Shown here piece by piece: positions 27,854 through 38,226 of a stretch of DNA of 43,830 nt (within the stretch, counting starts at the first letter, position 1; each line of letters begins with the position of its first letter). Made by a program: the position numbers and the translations under genes. Source of the stretch: an uncultured Acidimicrobiales bacterium. Lineage in GTDB: Bacteria; Actinomycetota; Acidimicrobiia; Acidimicrobiales; SHLQ01. The notes beneath the pieces were generated by a model, which was not told where the DNA came from, made no database searches, and saw only the letters and a program-made list of their open reading frames with translations. The DNA lies in the NCBI GenBank assembly GCA_964517125.1, contig CAZFBD010000001.1:8277-52106 (forward strand), read 5' to 3'.

Positions 27854-30420
27854 GGAGCCGGGGCCTCGTCGTCATCCACCGGGGCGTCGACGATGCCCCG
27901 CTGCATCATGGTGAGTGCGGTGGACGCAGCCTTCCGGGTCGTGGGGTTCGGCGCCACGACCGCCACCTGGGAGACAAGATCAAGGACCTGTTTCATGGAT
28001 CGCACGAAGTCCCCACCAGAGAGGTCTTCTTCGTCGAGGATGTCGCCCAGCCCTCCCCCAGCCGCCCAGCCATGCGCTGCGGCGAACAGACCGGGGTCCA
28101 TGTCCCGGCTCTCCGGGAGTCCGTAGGCGGACTCCATACGCTGGATCTTGCGCAACGTGACTTCCATCCCCCACATCGCAGATTCGGCAGCCGGCGTGGA
28201 GTACCACTCGGGCGGCGGGTCGTCGTTGCGCCGTCGTTCGTACACGAATCCGGAAATGAGCCCAGCCAATGTGGCTGGATCGTGGCCATCGAGATGCCCG
28301 TCGAGCAGCGACTCCACCAGAACCAGATCGAGCTCATGGAACGTGCCGAGGAGGATGCGGCCGCGTTCGGTGAGCTCCCACTTGTCGATGTGCCCAAGTT
28401 CGGTGAGCAAACCAACAACCGCTCCGAACCGTTCGGTCAGTTGGCCCCGCCGTCGCTCGATTCGGGCCTCGACGCGCCGGAGCTCGCGCCGGGCCTGCGT
28501 GCGCTCCTCGCTTCGCCAGGGAGACGCATGGTCCTGTGACGCTGCTGGCGGATCGTCGTGGCCGTTGGTCGATGCTCCGCCGGACCGGTTGGACTTGTTG
28601 CCCTTGCCCTTGTTGCCCTTGGTCTTGTTGCTCTTTCGTTTGACGGCTCGTAGCTGTCCCACGAGGTCGTGCTGGTGCGACCGGCTGTGCGGGTTGAACG
28701 GTTCGGGAAGGCGCAGCGCCTTGACGACGACCGGCGGAACGGTGAGTGCGTCGGCGTCGAGCGTGTGGGCCTCGCCATCGTCGTCGAGCACCTCGACCTT
28801 GACCGCCTTGCGCCGCCAGGCCACGGACAGGACTGCGACCGTGCGGCCGACGTCGATGGCGTCGCCGGGCTTCAGCCGTCCGAGGGCTGAATCGATGGCG
28901 CCGCGATCGCTGGTGTCCGCCTCGGTGGGTGTCGCCGTGCCCTCGCCGAGACGGGCAAGGAGCTGATCCCGCCGCTGGTTGAGCGACTCGATCGCCCGAT
29001 TCGACTGGAACTGACCGAACGAGCGTGTCATGAGCTCTTCGGCGTCCTTGCGGGTGTAACGCTCCACAAGGTGGCAGGTCATGTTGTACGTCGGGCGGAA
29101 CGCGGATCGCAGCTCGAACGCCCGGGACTTTGCGAGACCCGCGACGTCGTCGAAGGTCGTGAACGGTGTCCAGAGGACCACCGCATGCCCCTCGTCATCG
29201 ATTCCACGACGTCCGGCCCGGCCGGTGAGCTGGGTGTAGTCGCCCGGTGAAAGTGTTTCGTGATGCTCGCCCGTGAACTTGGAGAGCTTCTCGATCACCA
29301 CAGTCCTCGCCGGCATGTTGATGCCAAGTGCGAGTGTTTCGGTTGCGAAGACCGAGCGCAGCAGCCCCATCGTGAAGAGTTCCTCGACGGTCTCTTTGAA
29401 GAGCGGCACGATTCCGGCGTGGTGGGCGGCCAGACCAGCTTGCAACCCGGCCAGCCAGGAATCCCATTCGAGGGCGGCTCGGTCGGTCTCGCTGAGGTGC
29501 CCGGTCTTGAGCATGACGTGTTCGGTGATGCGCTGGGCTTCGGCATCGTCGGTGAGACGGATACCTGCGCTTCGGACCGCCGACACCGCGTCTTCGCATC
29601 CGGCTCTGCTGAAGATGAAGGTGATCGCTGGCAGCAGGTTGCGTCGTCGCAGCTCGGTGATGACCTCGGCACGCCGGGGTGTGCGCCACGGTCGTCGTTG
29701 TGGCGGTCCACCTTTGCGTCGGTTGTCTCGGCCGCCGCTGCGTGCAGGGTCGTATCGGCGACCCTCGGGATTGCTGCGGCCCTTCTTGAGCGTGGGGATC
29801 AGATGCAGGCGTCCGTTCTGCTTCTCGCTGATGCAGTAGTTGTTCTGCAGCCTGACCGGCCGGGTGGTCTCGGTGACCGAAGCGCACGGAGCGTGCACGC
29901 TGGAGATCCACTCGGCCAGTTCGTCCGCGTTGGAAACAGTGGCCGACAGCGCCACGAGGCGGATGTGTGCGGGCAGGTGGATGATGACTTCCTCCCACAC
30001 CGGACCGCGGTAGTTGTCCTGCAGGTAGTGCACCTCGTCCATGACGACGACGTCGGTGCTGTCCAGCCGCTCCGGCTGGGAGTACAGCATGTTTCGCAGG
30101 ACCTCGGTCGTCATGACCACGGCGCTGGCATCACCATTGATGGAGTTGTCGCCCGTGAGCAGGCCGACGGAATCGCGTCCCATCCATCCGCGCAGGTCAC
30201 GGAACTTCTGGTTGGAGAGCGCCTTGATCGGAGTGGTGTACAAGCCGCGACGACCGACCGATGCCGCTCTGGCGATGGCGTATTCGGCAACCCAGGTCTT
30301 GCCACTGCCGGTCGGAGCCGACACAACAACGGAGCGCCCGTCGTCCAGGTGCTCCATGGCCTCGACCTGGAACCGGTCCAGGTCAAAGGAACGAGGCGGC
30401 CCGAACAAGGGATCCGACAT
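27850..30420 (-). CDS. helY: Ski2-like DEAH-box RNA helicase HelY
   Basis: APTGSGKT, TPIKALSNQK, DEVH, LSAT, ATETLALGINMPA, QLTGRAGRRG; C-terminal DSHCT-like region. Confidence 0.95.
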   Translation of the reverse strand: MSDPLFGPPRSFDLDRFQVEAMEHLDDGRSVVVSAPTGSGKTWVAEYAIARAASVGRRGLYTTPIKALSNQKFRDLRGWMGRDSVGLLTGDNSINGDASAVVMTTEVLRNMLYSQPERLDSTDVVVMDEVHYLQDNYRGPVWEEVIIHLPAHIRLVALSATVSNADELAEWISSVHAPCASVTETTRPVRLQNNYCISEKQNGRLHLIPTLKKGRSNPEGRRYDPARSGGRDNRRKGGPPQRRPWRTPRRAEVITELRRRNLLPAITFIFSRAGCEDAVSAVRSAGIRLTDDAEAQRITEHVMLKTGHLSETDRAALEWDSWLAGLQAGLAAHHAGIVPLFKETVEELFTMGLLRSVFATETLALGINMPARTVVIEKLSKFTGEHHETLSPGDYTQLTGRAGRRGIDDEGHAVVLWTPFTTFDDVAGLAKSRAFELRSAFRPTYNMTCHLVERYTRKDAEELMTRSFGQFQSNRAIESLNQRRDQLLARLGEGTATPTEADTSDRGAIDSALGRLKPGDAIDVGRTVAVLSVAWRRKAVKVEVLDDDGEAHTLDADALTVPPVVVKALRLPEPFNPHSRSHQHDLVGQLRAVKRKSNKTKGNKGKGNKSNRSGGASTNGHDDPPAASQDHASPWRSEERTQARRELRRVEARIERRRGQLTERFGAVVGLLTELGHIDKWELTERGRILLGTFHELDLVLVESLLDGHLDGHDPATLAGLISGFVYERRRNDDPPPEWYSTPAAESAMWGMEVTLRKIQRMESAYGLPESRDMDPGLFAAAHGWAAGGGLGDILDEEDLSGGDFVRSMKQVLDLVSQVAVVAPNPTTRKAASTALTMMQRGIVDAPVDDDEAPAP

Positions 30421-31205
30421 CAGGTGGTGACGGCTGCTTTCCGCTTTCTGCGTGCGTGGATGATGCCAAACAGCACCGACGCCTCATAGAAGATGTACAT
30501 GGGCACCGACAGCACCATGAGGGTGATGGGGTCGCCGCTTGGCGTCAGAACCGCGACAAGCACGACGATGCCGACGACCGCGTATCGCCTGCCCGACTTG
30601 AGCGTCTGGGTGGAAACGGCGCCAATGAGTTGCATGAAGATGAGGACCAGAGGGAACTGGAAACCGAGCCCGAACGCAACAAGCATCTTGACCACGAACG
30701 AAATGTACGGGCCAGGTGTGAGGAGGCTGTCGATTCTGTCGCCACCAAAGTTCAACAGGAAGTCGAGGGCTCGCGGAATGCTCCAGTAGGCCAGTGCGGA
30801 ACCGAACAGAAACAGCGTTGCTCCGCTGAACACGAACGGAATCGCCCAGCGTCGCTCATGTGGGTAGAGCCCGGGAACGATGAACTTCCACAGCTGCCAG
30901 AGAACGACGGGTATCGCAAGGATGAAGCCGCCGTAGGCGGCGATGGTGAACACGAGACTGAACTCTTCGAGCGGCTCGGTCTGGAAGAGCCGGCAGTTCT
31001 CCTGTGAGACGAACCCGTCGTTGTCCCGCTCCGGGAGCGATTGGCAGTAGGGCTCGATGATCGCATCGATGATCTGACCCCGGAAGATGAAACACACGAC
31101 AGCACCGACGGCCACGGCCATCGCGCTGCGGATGATTCGGGTACGGAGCTCCTCGAGGTGCTCCATGAGACTCATTTCGCCCTGGGGGCGTTCTTCGGTG
31201 CTCAT
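30420..31205 (-). CDS. tatC: Twin-arginine translocase TatC
   Basis: MSLMEHLEELRTRI, WQLWKFIVPGLYPHER, FQFP, TPSGDP. Confidence 0.96.
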   Translation of the reverse strand: MSTEERPQGEMSLMEHLEELRTRIIRSAMAVAVGAVVCFIFRGQIIDAIIEPYCQSLPERDNDGFVSQENCRLFQTEPLEEFSLVFTIAAYGGFILAIPVVLWQLWKFIVPGLYPHERRWAIPFVFSGATLFLFGSALAYWSIPRALDFLLNFGGDRIDSLLTPGPYISFVVKMLVAFGLGFQFPLVLIFMQLIGAVSTQTLKSGRRYAVVGIVVLVAVLTPSGDPITLMVLSVPMYIFYEASVLFGIIHARRKRKAAVTT

Positions 31206-31750
31206 CAACGATCGCTCGGCGCGCCTTCGTCGGGAACATCGACATCGGCGACTGCGGCAGCCGCGGTGTCCGCCGCAGAATCGACACCGTCAGAGGACGC
31301 CGATGCCATCGTTGTTGGTGCCGGGTCGGGCGGTGCGGGCCGAGAAGACAAGGTGGTCTCCTTGGCAGCGAAGGGATCGGCAGCAGCATTGACGACCGGC
31401 GTGGCCGGTGTTGCCGTGGCGATGGACTCGGCGCGGGCCTGTCGTGTTTCCGGATCATCTCCGGACACTGCATCGTCGGCTTGGGGAGTTTCGATCTCTG
31501 GGAGCTCGGCATCAGAGGTCACGTCGGCTGTGGGGGCGACAGCTGCTGCTGCCGTTGCCGAGGTGACCGCCTTGCCGACCGGATCATCCAGTGCGGTCTT
31601 GAGCTCTCGCTGAAATCCCGAGGAGATCTTGCGGAACTCCTTCATGACCTGACCGGCCTGACGGGCAGCTTCAGGGAGCTTGCCCGGGCCGAGCACAACG
31701 AGTGCCACCAGAAAGATGATGAGAAGTTCCCCACCACCGATGTTCAACAT
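31205..31750 (-). CDS. tatB: Twin-arginine translocase TatB (TatA/B family)
   Basis: MLNIGGGELLIIFLVALVVLGPGKLP, amphipathic helix and long acidic tail. Confidence 0.85.
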   Translation of the reverse strand: MLNIGGGELLIIFLVALVVLGPGKLPEAARQAGQVMKEFRKISSGFQRELKTALDDPVGKAVTSATAAAAVAPTADVTSDAELPEIETPQADDAVSGDDPETRQARAESIATATPATPVVNAAADPFAAKETTLSSRPAPPDPAPTTMASASSDGVDSAADTAAAAVADVDVPDEGAPSDR

Positions 31751-31802
31751 GCTGCGAGTCTACCCCGGAGCACAGACGGCAGTCGTTCGTGTAGCGCTGG
31801 TT

Positions 31803-32138
31803 TCAGGTCCCGTTGCTGATCGCGGTGAGTGCTGCGGCAGTCGCATCCTCGTCATTGAGCATGCGATGGAAATCCAGGATGTCGTCGTGGCTGATCTGCC
31901 GTCCGCTGCGAGCCTCAAAGAGCTCGGCTGGCAACGTCCAGGTGTCCATTTGGACTCCGGATGCGACGAGCAGGTCGATCGTGCGATGTTCCGCAGGCTT
32001 GACGACCACCATCGAACAGATGGGACAGGTGAATCGGTATTCACCGCGGTCGTCGTCCAGACAGACGCGAACGCGGACGTCGGCTGTGGTCAGCTCAACG
32101 TCGCCGCAATCTGGACAGCTTGCTCGAATGGTTGCCAT
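31803..32138 (-). CDS. Hypothetical zinc-ribbon protein
   Basis: CPDC...FTCPIC, then HRTIDLLVASGV and ISHDDILDFH. Confidence 0.75.
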   Translation of the reverse strand: MATIRASCPDCGDVELTTADVRVRVCLDDDRGEYRFTCPICSMVVVKPAEHRTIDLLVASGVQMDTWTLPAELFEARSGRQISHDDILDFHRMLNDEDATAAALTAISNGT

Positions 32139-32171
32139 GTGCGTTTACCCCACTTTGCTTACAAGGAACTA

Positions 32172-32198
32172 TTCGGCCCGCACACGAAAACCCTTGAG
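32172..32198 (-). promoter_or_regulatory. Candidate sigma28/FliA/WhiG-type promoter
   Basis: Minus strand CTCA-N17-GCCGAA(TA). Confidence 0.65.
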
Positions 32199-32322
32199 GA
32201 TCGGCTGGACTATTTCACCTCCCGGTAACTGGGCCGTCACGACCATCCGGCCTGGGCCCATCACCACGGGTTCCTCGCGGAGAAACCAGCGTTTTCAACG
32301 AAAAGTTGCGAAGATGGGGGGT

Positions 32323-33042
32323 ATGTCGATGCGTCTTCCCTCTCGCCTCAACCCTCCGATCGGTTTCGCTCACCGGGGAGCGAAAGCCCATGCTCCGGAG
32401 AACACGTCCGAAGCCTTCGACCTGGCGGTTCGTCTGGGGGCTTCAGGGATCGAGTCCGATGTCTGGATCAGCGCCGACGGAGGGCTCATGTTGAACCACG
32501 ACCGCACGGTGGGGCTCCGGCGGCGGGCGATCTCTTCGCTGGAGCGCTCCGACCTGCCCGACACCATGATCACCCTTCCCGAACTCCTCGATCGCATCCC
32601 CGACACACTGGATCTGTCGATCGACATCAAGGACGACGATGCCATGGTGCCGCTGCTCGACTGGGCGGGAACCCTCTCCCCCGTCACCCGCAGTCGGCTG
32701 TTCCTGTGTCATCCGGATTGGACGAAACTGGCCGAGTGGCGCTCGCTCGACCCGCACGTCCGACTGATCGACTCCACGAACATGAAATCCATGACCGACG
32801 GTCCGGAACGGCGCGCCGCGCAGCTTGCCGACGCCGGCATCGACGGAGTGAACCTCCGTCAACAGGAATGGAGCGGTGGCATGGTCACCTTGTTCCATCG
32901 GTTTGAGCGGTTGTGTTTCGGTTGGGACGCCCAACATCGTCGAATTCTCGACAACCTGCTCCGGATGGGGATCGACGGCGTGTTCTCGGACCACACCGAC
33001 GTGATGATGGAAGCGATCGCCGAATCGGCTACAGGGAGCTGA
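32323..33042 (+). CDS. Glycerophosphodiester phosphodiesterase family protein
   Basis: FAHRGAKAHAPENT, GIESDV...DG...NHD, IDIK, GIDGVFSD. Start approximate. Confidence 0.9.
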   Translation: MSMRLPSRLNPPIGFAHRGAKAHAPENTSEAFDLAVRLGASGIESDVWISADGGLMLNHDRTVGLRRRAISSLERSDLPDTMITLPELLDRIPDTLDLSIDIKDDDAMVPLLDWAGTLSPVTRSRLFLCHPDWTKLAEWRSLDPHVRLIDSTNMKSMTDGPERRAAQLADAGIDGVNLRQQEWSGGMVTLFHRFERLCFGWDAQHRRILDNLLRMGIDGVFSDHTDVMMEAIAESATGS

Positions 33043-34168
33043 TCTCGCCCAGCGGCCAAATCCGCAGGAACGCACGCCCAACAATGAGGTCTTCGGTGAT
33101 CGGACCGAAGAACCTGGAATCCGATGATGAGCCGCGATTGTCGCCCATCATGAACAGCTGATCGTCGCCCAGGGTGCAACGCCCGGGGGTCCGAGGCTGG
33201 TTGACACAGCGTTCGTCCCAGATGTCGACCGACAGTGCGTCGTTCGCTGACGGGCCGGCGAGGAAGGCATTCTGTGGGTCCAGATACGGCTCTTCGAGCA
33301 GCAGTGCGTCTTCAGCGGTCTCGCCCGCACCCCAGATGTAGAGCCGGCCGTCGGAGCGCACCTCGATCGTTTCTCCCGGGAGAGCGATTGCGCGCTTGAT
33401 CAGATCGTCGGTGTCGCCCGGTGTACCGGGGAGCTTTTTGAAGACGACGAGATCGCCCCGTCGGACCTCGTGCAGGCGGTAACTGACCTTGTTCACCAGG
33501 ATTCGGTCGCCCTTGTTGACCGTGGTCTCCATGGATTCCGAGGGGATCCAGAACGCTTGCAGGACGAAGGCCTTGATCAGCAGTGCCACGAGCAGGGCCG
33601 AAACAATGACGGCCAGCCACTCGAGGACCGTTCGGATGTCGGACGAACGGAAGCCTTCGGTTGTGGCATCGGCCTCGATCATGACCGGGTCGGCGACGGG
33701 TGCATCGGTGAGGGTGTCGCCCTGGGCCTGCTGTAGGAGCGCTGCCGTGGACGAGTCGGAACTCATCAGTGCGGTCGGCCGATCGGTGGGCAGCGGGTGG
33801 ACGCCCATTGCTGCGGGTTGTGTGGGAACCGGTTCCGGCGACGGCGACATGGTTGGGGTATCGGCACCGAGGCGGCCAACCACAAGTGGCGATGTGGGCG
33901 CAACTCGCGGCGGCGCGGATGCGGGCCCGGCGGGCGGTTCCGTCGACGGCTGTGGTGCAGCGGTGGTTGGAAGGCTCGGAGCGGCTGCTGGTACAGAAGG
34001 GATCGACGTTGCTGGCCCAGATGCTGGCATCGATGGGACAGGCGGGGCCGTGGCGGCTTGCGGAGGTGTGGTCTGACCAATGGGCGCTTCGTCGTCGGAG
34101 GCTCGCATGAGCGCCTCGGCCACGAGGCCCTTGATCCAGTCGGTGTCGTCAGCAGACGAACTGCTCAT
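33029..34168 (-). CDS. lepB: Signal peptidase I with long Pro/Ala-rich N-terminal extension
   Basis: TM + AFWIPSESM (catalytic Ser), GDRILVNK, DLIKRAIALPG (Lys), GDNRGSSSDSRFFG. Start inferred at ATG 34168. Confidence 0.92.
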   Translation of the reverse strand: MSSSSADDTDWIKGLVAEALMRASDDEAPIGQTTPPQAATAPPVPSMPASGPATSIPSVPAAAPSLPTTAAPQPSTEPPAGPASAPPRVAPTSPLVVGRLGADTPTMSPSPEPVPTQPAAMGVHPLPTDRPTALMSSDSSTAALLQQAQGDTLTDAPVADPVMIEADATTEGFRSSDIRTVLEWLAVIVSALLVALLIKAFVLQAFWIPSESMETTVNKGDRILVNKVSYRLHEVRRGDLVVFKKLPGTPGDTDDLIKRAIALPGETIEVRSDGRLYIWGAGETAEDALLLEEPYLDPQNAFLAGPSANDALSVDIWDERCVNQPRTPGRCTLGDDQLFMMGDNRGSSSDSRFFGPITEDLIVGRAFLRIWPLGEISSL

Positions 34169-34247
34169 CTGCTCATTGTCATCAGCCACAGCAAGTAGAG
34201 CGTACTGGCCAACTCTGGCCCTGTGATGTATGCCTGTTCGGACGACG

Positions 34248-35198
34248 TCAGTTGGCGTATCGGGCGCGAACCCGCTCCCGCGCGGCCGCAAGATCAAGGT
34301 GCGAAAGCTCCGGATCGAGGTGCACGACCTCGGCGTCCGCTCCGAGGCGAAGGAGAAGTCGCTCGAGCCACCTGGTGGACGAGACCGGGAGCCGGACCTC
34401 CACCAATTGGTCGTCGACCGGAGTGAGCTCGTCATAGGGCGTGTTGTCGAGAAGGCGGAGACGGTCCGACGCGAGCCGCAGGACGGCTCTGGGGGCGCTC
34501 TCGATGGAGAACGGGGTCTCGCTCAACGTGTCGGCGGTGTGGCTGACTGGTTCGGTCGTCATGACCAACTGCTCGATGCGGTCGAGGCGGAACACCCGCT
34601 CGCCTTGCGCACGGTGGCAATAGGCGGCCACGTACCAGTGTCCCTCGGACGGGAAGAACTTGAAGGGTTCGATGCGCCGTTCGGTGCGTTCGTCGTGGGC
34701 GAACGAGTAGTACCGAATGTCGACGCAGGTCCCGTTGTTCACCGCGTCTCGCAGATCCTGGAGAACCGAGTCCTTGGCCGCCCCAAGATTGACCTCGAGC
34801 GTGTTTGCCTCGATCCCGGTTGCGAGACGCAGCTTGGTGAGCCCGCGGGCCAGCGCACCGGCCTCGTCCTGGCGGTCGAAGGACAAGACGGTCTCGCCGG
34901 CGGTCAACAGCGCCAGAGCCTCGCCACCCGACAGCTTCATGGGACGCGAGAACCAGTCGGCATAGTTGATCCACACCAGACCGTCGTCGATCGTGACCTC
35001 GATGAGCGTGTCGGGGGTGTATGGCGGGACGCCGACGTAGAACACGACGTCCTGCAGGTCATCGAGCAGCAGGTCGCGGGGATAGTCGAAGCGCTCCGAG
35101 ATGGCATCGAGGGATGCCCCATCCTGGGCAACGATCCAGGGGATGGCGGCAACGAGACGCGCCATACGGTCGGTTGCATTGATCCGTCCGGCGCTCAT
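34248..35198 (-). CDS. pafC: WYL-domain transcriptional regulator PafC
   Basis: RMARLVAAIPWI HTH, PPYTPDTLIEV, GHWYVAAYC, FRLDRI; follows pafB. Confidence 0.92.
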   Translation of the reverse strand: MSAGRINATDRMARLVAAIPWIVAQDGASLDAISERFDYPRDLLLDDLQDVVFYVGVPPYTPDTLIEVTIDDGLVWINYADWFSRPMKLSGGEALALLTAGETVLSFDRQDEAGALARGLTKLRLATGIEANTLEVNLGAAKDSVLQDLRDAVNNGTCVDIRYYSFAHDERTERRIEPFKFFPSEGHWYVAAYCHRAQGERVFRLDRIEQLVMTTEPVSHTADTLSETPFSIESAPRAVLRLASDRLRLLDNTPYDELTPVDDQLVEVRLPVSSTRWLERLLLRLGADAEVVHLDPELSHLDLAAARERVRARYAN

Positions 35199-36115
35199 GA
35201 GGGACCTCCGGCAGGCTCGCCGAGCCAGCTCACCATCATCGAGCGGAGTTCCGGCGGCGAGAGGACTTCGGCATTGTCCATGAACTCGAGCACCCAGTCA
35301 CGAAAGGCGCTGGTGTTGTTGACCGTGAGTTCGACCACGACTGATCCATCTGGTCGGGTCTCCACGATTTCCTGGGCCGACAGGTGCACCTGGGCCCAAA
35401 TGGCCTCGTCGGCGTCGATGGCCACCCGGGCGGTCACCGGCGATTCGTCTCCAAGCTCCCACGTGCGGGTGAGTTCGGGCCCGCGGGCGTCGACACGTTC
35501 GAATGCACCGGGCTCCCCCACCCGGAGTTCGCCGTCGATGCGGTCCAGCCGGAAGACCCGTTCGGCTTCACGCGTGCGATCGATGCCAGACACGTACCAC
35601 TGGCCTCGTTTGAAGCTCAGACGAGACGGTTCGAAGACCCGGTCGAGACCCCGGTAGGTGAACTCCACCGTCCGGCGTTCAGCAATGGCCGTGTACAGCT
35701 GGGTGGCTTCTTCCGGGCTCGGCACGGTCGTGACGGCCTCGGGGGCATCGGTCGCCGAATCGGCACCGCCGAGCTTCCAGAACGCGTCCTCGGGAGCGGC
35801 CTCGAACCGCACCAGAGCTGCAGCGAGGTGCAGGGCGGCCAATTCGTCGGCCTCGAGCCCGGGGTCCTGTCCCGCATACTCATCGGCGTCGACGCGATAG
35901 CCATCCATCGGCGGATCGATTCCGGGAACGGTTTCGACGCGAACGTTGACGCCCATGGAGCGGAGGTCGTCCTTGTCGCGCTCAAAGGCCCGACGAAACG
36001 ACGCCTGGGCATCAGGGTAGCCGCCGATCTTCGAACGGATTTCCTCGCCGGTCAGCGGAATTGCCGTGTCCAACAGGACCGCAAGGAGTTTGAGGAGTCG
36101 CTCGAGCTTGGACAC
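35195..36115 (-). CDS. pafB: WYL-domain transcriptional regulator PafB
   Basis: KLERLLKL, FRRAFERDKDDLRSMG, GQWYVSG, FRLDRI. Confidence 0.92.
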   Translation of the reverse strand: MSKLERLLKLLAVLLDTAIPLTGEEIRSKIGGYPDAQASFRRAFERDKDDLRSMGVNVRVETVPGIDPPMDGYRVDADEYAGQDPGLEADELAALHLAAALVRFEAAPEDAFWKLGGADSATDAPEAVTTVPSPEEATQLYTAIAERRTVEFTYRGLDRVFEPSRLSFKRGQWYVSGIDRTREAERVFRLDRIDGELRVGEPGAFERVDARGPELTRTWELGDESPVTARVAIDADEAIWAQVHLSAQEIVETRPDGSVVVELTVNNTSAFRDWVLEFMDNAEVLSPPELRSMMVSWLGEPAGGPS

Positions 36116-36154
36116 AGGCGCAGTGTACTGATCTGGCCGACGGGGGCCGTGTAC

Positions 36155-37513
36155 CTACAACGACGCGATGAGCTTGTCGACGCGCTCGTCGTGGCTGCGG
36201 AACGGATCCTTGCAAAGCACGGTCCGTTGGGCCTGATCGTTCAGCTTCAGGTGCACCCAGTCGACCGTGAAATCACGACGGCGTTCCTTGGCCCGGCGGA
36301 TGAATTCGCCGCGGAGCCGGGCCCGCGTGGTCTGTGGCGGGTTCTCGACCGCCTGGCTGATGTCGTGGTCGTCGCAGATGCGCTCCACGAGCCCCTTGCG
36401 TTGCATGCGGTAGTACAGGCTTCGCTGCCGGTGGATGTCGTGATACTGCAGGTCGACCAGGGCAACCCGAGGATCTGCAAGCGAGAGGTCGTGGCGGTCG
36501 CGATAGGACTCAATGAGCTTGTGCTTGATCACCCAGTCGACCTCGCGGTCCAGGCTGAACGGGTCCTTCTCGAGCCCGGTCAGGCAGTGTTCCCACATCT
36601 GCAGGGCCTGCTTCTCAAGGGGGTCGAGTTCGTGGTGTTCGGAGAAACGGACGGCCCGTTCGAAGTACTCGGATTGGATCTCGAGTGCGCTGGCTTCGCG
36701 GCCGTTGGCCAACCGAACCCGGCGACGGCAGGTGGTGTCGTGGCTGATCTCTCGGATTGCCCGAATGGGATTCTCGAGCGTCATGTCCCGGAGCACCACG
36801 TTTGGTTCTTCGAGCATGCGCAACATGAGCGACGCCGCCCCAACCTTGAGGAAGGTCGTGTATTCGCTCATGTTGGAGTCGCCAACGATGACGTGCAGGC
36901 GGCGGTATCGCTCGGCGTCGGCGTGTGGTTCGTCGCGGGTGTTGATGATGGGGCGGGAGCGTGTCGTTGCGCTGCTCACGCCTTCCCAGATGTGTTCAGC
37001 CCGCTGGCTGATGCAGTACATGGCGCCGCGGGCCGTTTGCAGGACCTTGCCGGCGCCGGCGTAGATCTGACGAGAAACCAAGAAGGGAATGAGAACCTCG
37101 GAGTACGAACCGAAGTCGTCGCGCCGGCTGGTGAGGTAGTTCTCGTGGCAGCCGTAGGAGTTGCCAGCGGAGTCGGTGTTGTTCTTGAACAGGTAGATGT
37201 CGCCGCGGATGCCCTCTTCGACGAGCCGTTGCTCGGCGCCGATCAGGAGCTGCTCGAGGATTCGTTCGCCCGCCTTGTCGTGCACCACGACGTCATAGAC
37301 GTTGTCGCACTCGGGGGTGGCGTATTCGGGGTGTGAGCCAACATCGAGGTACAGGCGCGCACCGTTCGCAAGGAACACGTTGCTGCTGCGTCCCCAGGAA
37401 ACGACGCGCCGGAACAGATACCGGGCCACCTCGTCGGGCGAGAGTCGCCGCTGCCCTTCGAGCGTGCAGGTGACGCCGTATTCATTCTCGATACCGAAGA
37501 TTCGACGCCTCAT
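36155..37513 (-). CDS. pafA: Pup-protein ligase
   Basis: [56 protein letters not shown]. Confidence 0.97.
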   Translation of the reverse strand: MRRRIFGIENEYGVTCTLEGQRRLSPDEVARYLFRRVVSWGRSSNVFLANGARLYLDVGSHPEYATPECDNVYDVVVHDKAGERILEQLLIGAEQRLVEEGIRGDIYLFKNNTDSAGNSYGCHENYLTSRRDDFGSYSEVLIPFLVSRQIYAGAGKVLQTARGAMYCISQRAEHIWEGVSSATTRSRPIINTRDEPHADAERYRRLHVIVGDSNMSEYTTFLKVGAASLMLRMLEEPNVVLRDMTLENPIRAIREISHDTTCRRRVRLANGREASALEIQSEYFERAVRFSEHHELDPLEKQALQMWEHCLTGLEKDPFSLDREVDWVIKHKLIESYRDRHDLSLADPRVALVDLQYHDIHRQRSLYYRMQRKGLVERICDDHDISQAVENPPQTTRARLRGEFIRRAKERRRDFTVDWVHLKLNDQAQRTVLCKDPFRSHDERVDKLIASL

Positions 37514-37594
37514 TGATGACCACCGTAGTCGGCAGCCTCCGCCGACGAGCGGTCAAGCAGTTTGATCCTCGGCGAGACGCCGCGATTTGGGTGC

Positions 37595-38170
37595 CTAGGC
37601 AGCGGAGGTCGCCGCGGTCGCAGCGATCCGGAGCAGCTGTCGGAAACCCTGTGCGGTCTCGGGAGTCTGTCCGAACCAGAACTGTGCCCGCTCGTCGAGT
37701 TCCGGGTCCTCGAGGTCGAGCAACGTGGCCAGCACAGGGATGTCGGCCGCACGCAACCGGAGTGGAACGCTTGGTGGCAGGCGACGTTGCCGCCGAATGG
37801 CTGCACTGAACCCTCGCAGCAGCGCGTCGTTGTCATCGACCCCGACACGGAAGCGGACACCGAGGGTGCCGACCCGCAGAACTCCCTGTTCGGCGTTGTA
37901 TTCGAGCGGGGTACGCGGCTTCCATTCCGGACGACGCGTGATGAAGTTCTCCAGATTCACGCCGTAGCACTGCTCCATCTGGAATCGCAGCACGGTGTTG
38001 ATTGGGACGTTGCCTTCCTCGGCATCTTTCAGAATGCTCTGCGAAACACCCATGGCCTCGGACGCGCCCTCCAGCGAGTAGCCGATGAGCGTCCGGGCTG
38101 TACCAGCAGCAGCTGCCAGCTCGCGAGCATGGTTTTCGTCGCCTTGGGTCTGAACTTCGCCGATTTCCAT
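37595..38170 (-). CDS. XRE-like HTH protein with uncharacterised C-terminal domain
   Basis: ARTLIGYSLEGASEAMGVSQSILKDAEEG fits the HTH-XRE pattern; lies between prcA and pafA. Confidence 0.65.
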   Translation of the reverse strand: MEIGEVQTQGDENHARELAAAAGTARTLIGYSLEGASEAMGVSQSILKDAEEGNVPINTVLRFQMEQCYGVNLENFITRRPEWKPRTPLEYNAEQGVLRVGTLGVRFRVGVDDNDALLRGFSAAIRRQRRLPPSVPLRLRAADIPVLATLLDLEDPELDERAQFWFGQTPETAQGFRQLLRIAATAATSAA

Positions 38171-38179
38171 GGATACCGG

Positions 38180-38206
38180 ATCGGCCCGCAGGCCGGCAAA
38201 GTTGAG
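38180..38206 (-). promoter_or_regulatory. Candidate sigma28/FliA/WhiG-type promoter
   Basis: Minus strand CTCA-N17-GCCGAT, 9 nt before ATG 38170. Confidence 0.62.
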
Positions 38207-38226
38207 GAATTGTGCGGTGGGCGCCG

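Noticed and set aside
34248-36115. Tandem WYL genes as a phage-defence regulator
   Set aside because: Sequence and position after pafA identify them as housekeeping PafB and PafC.
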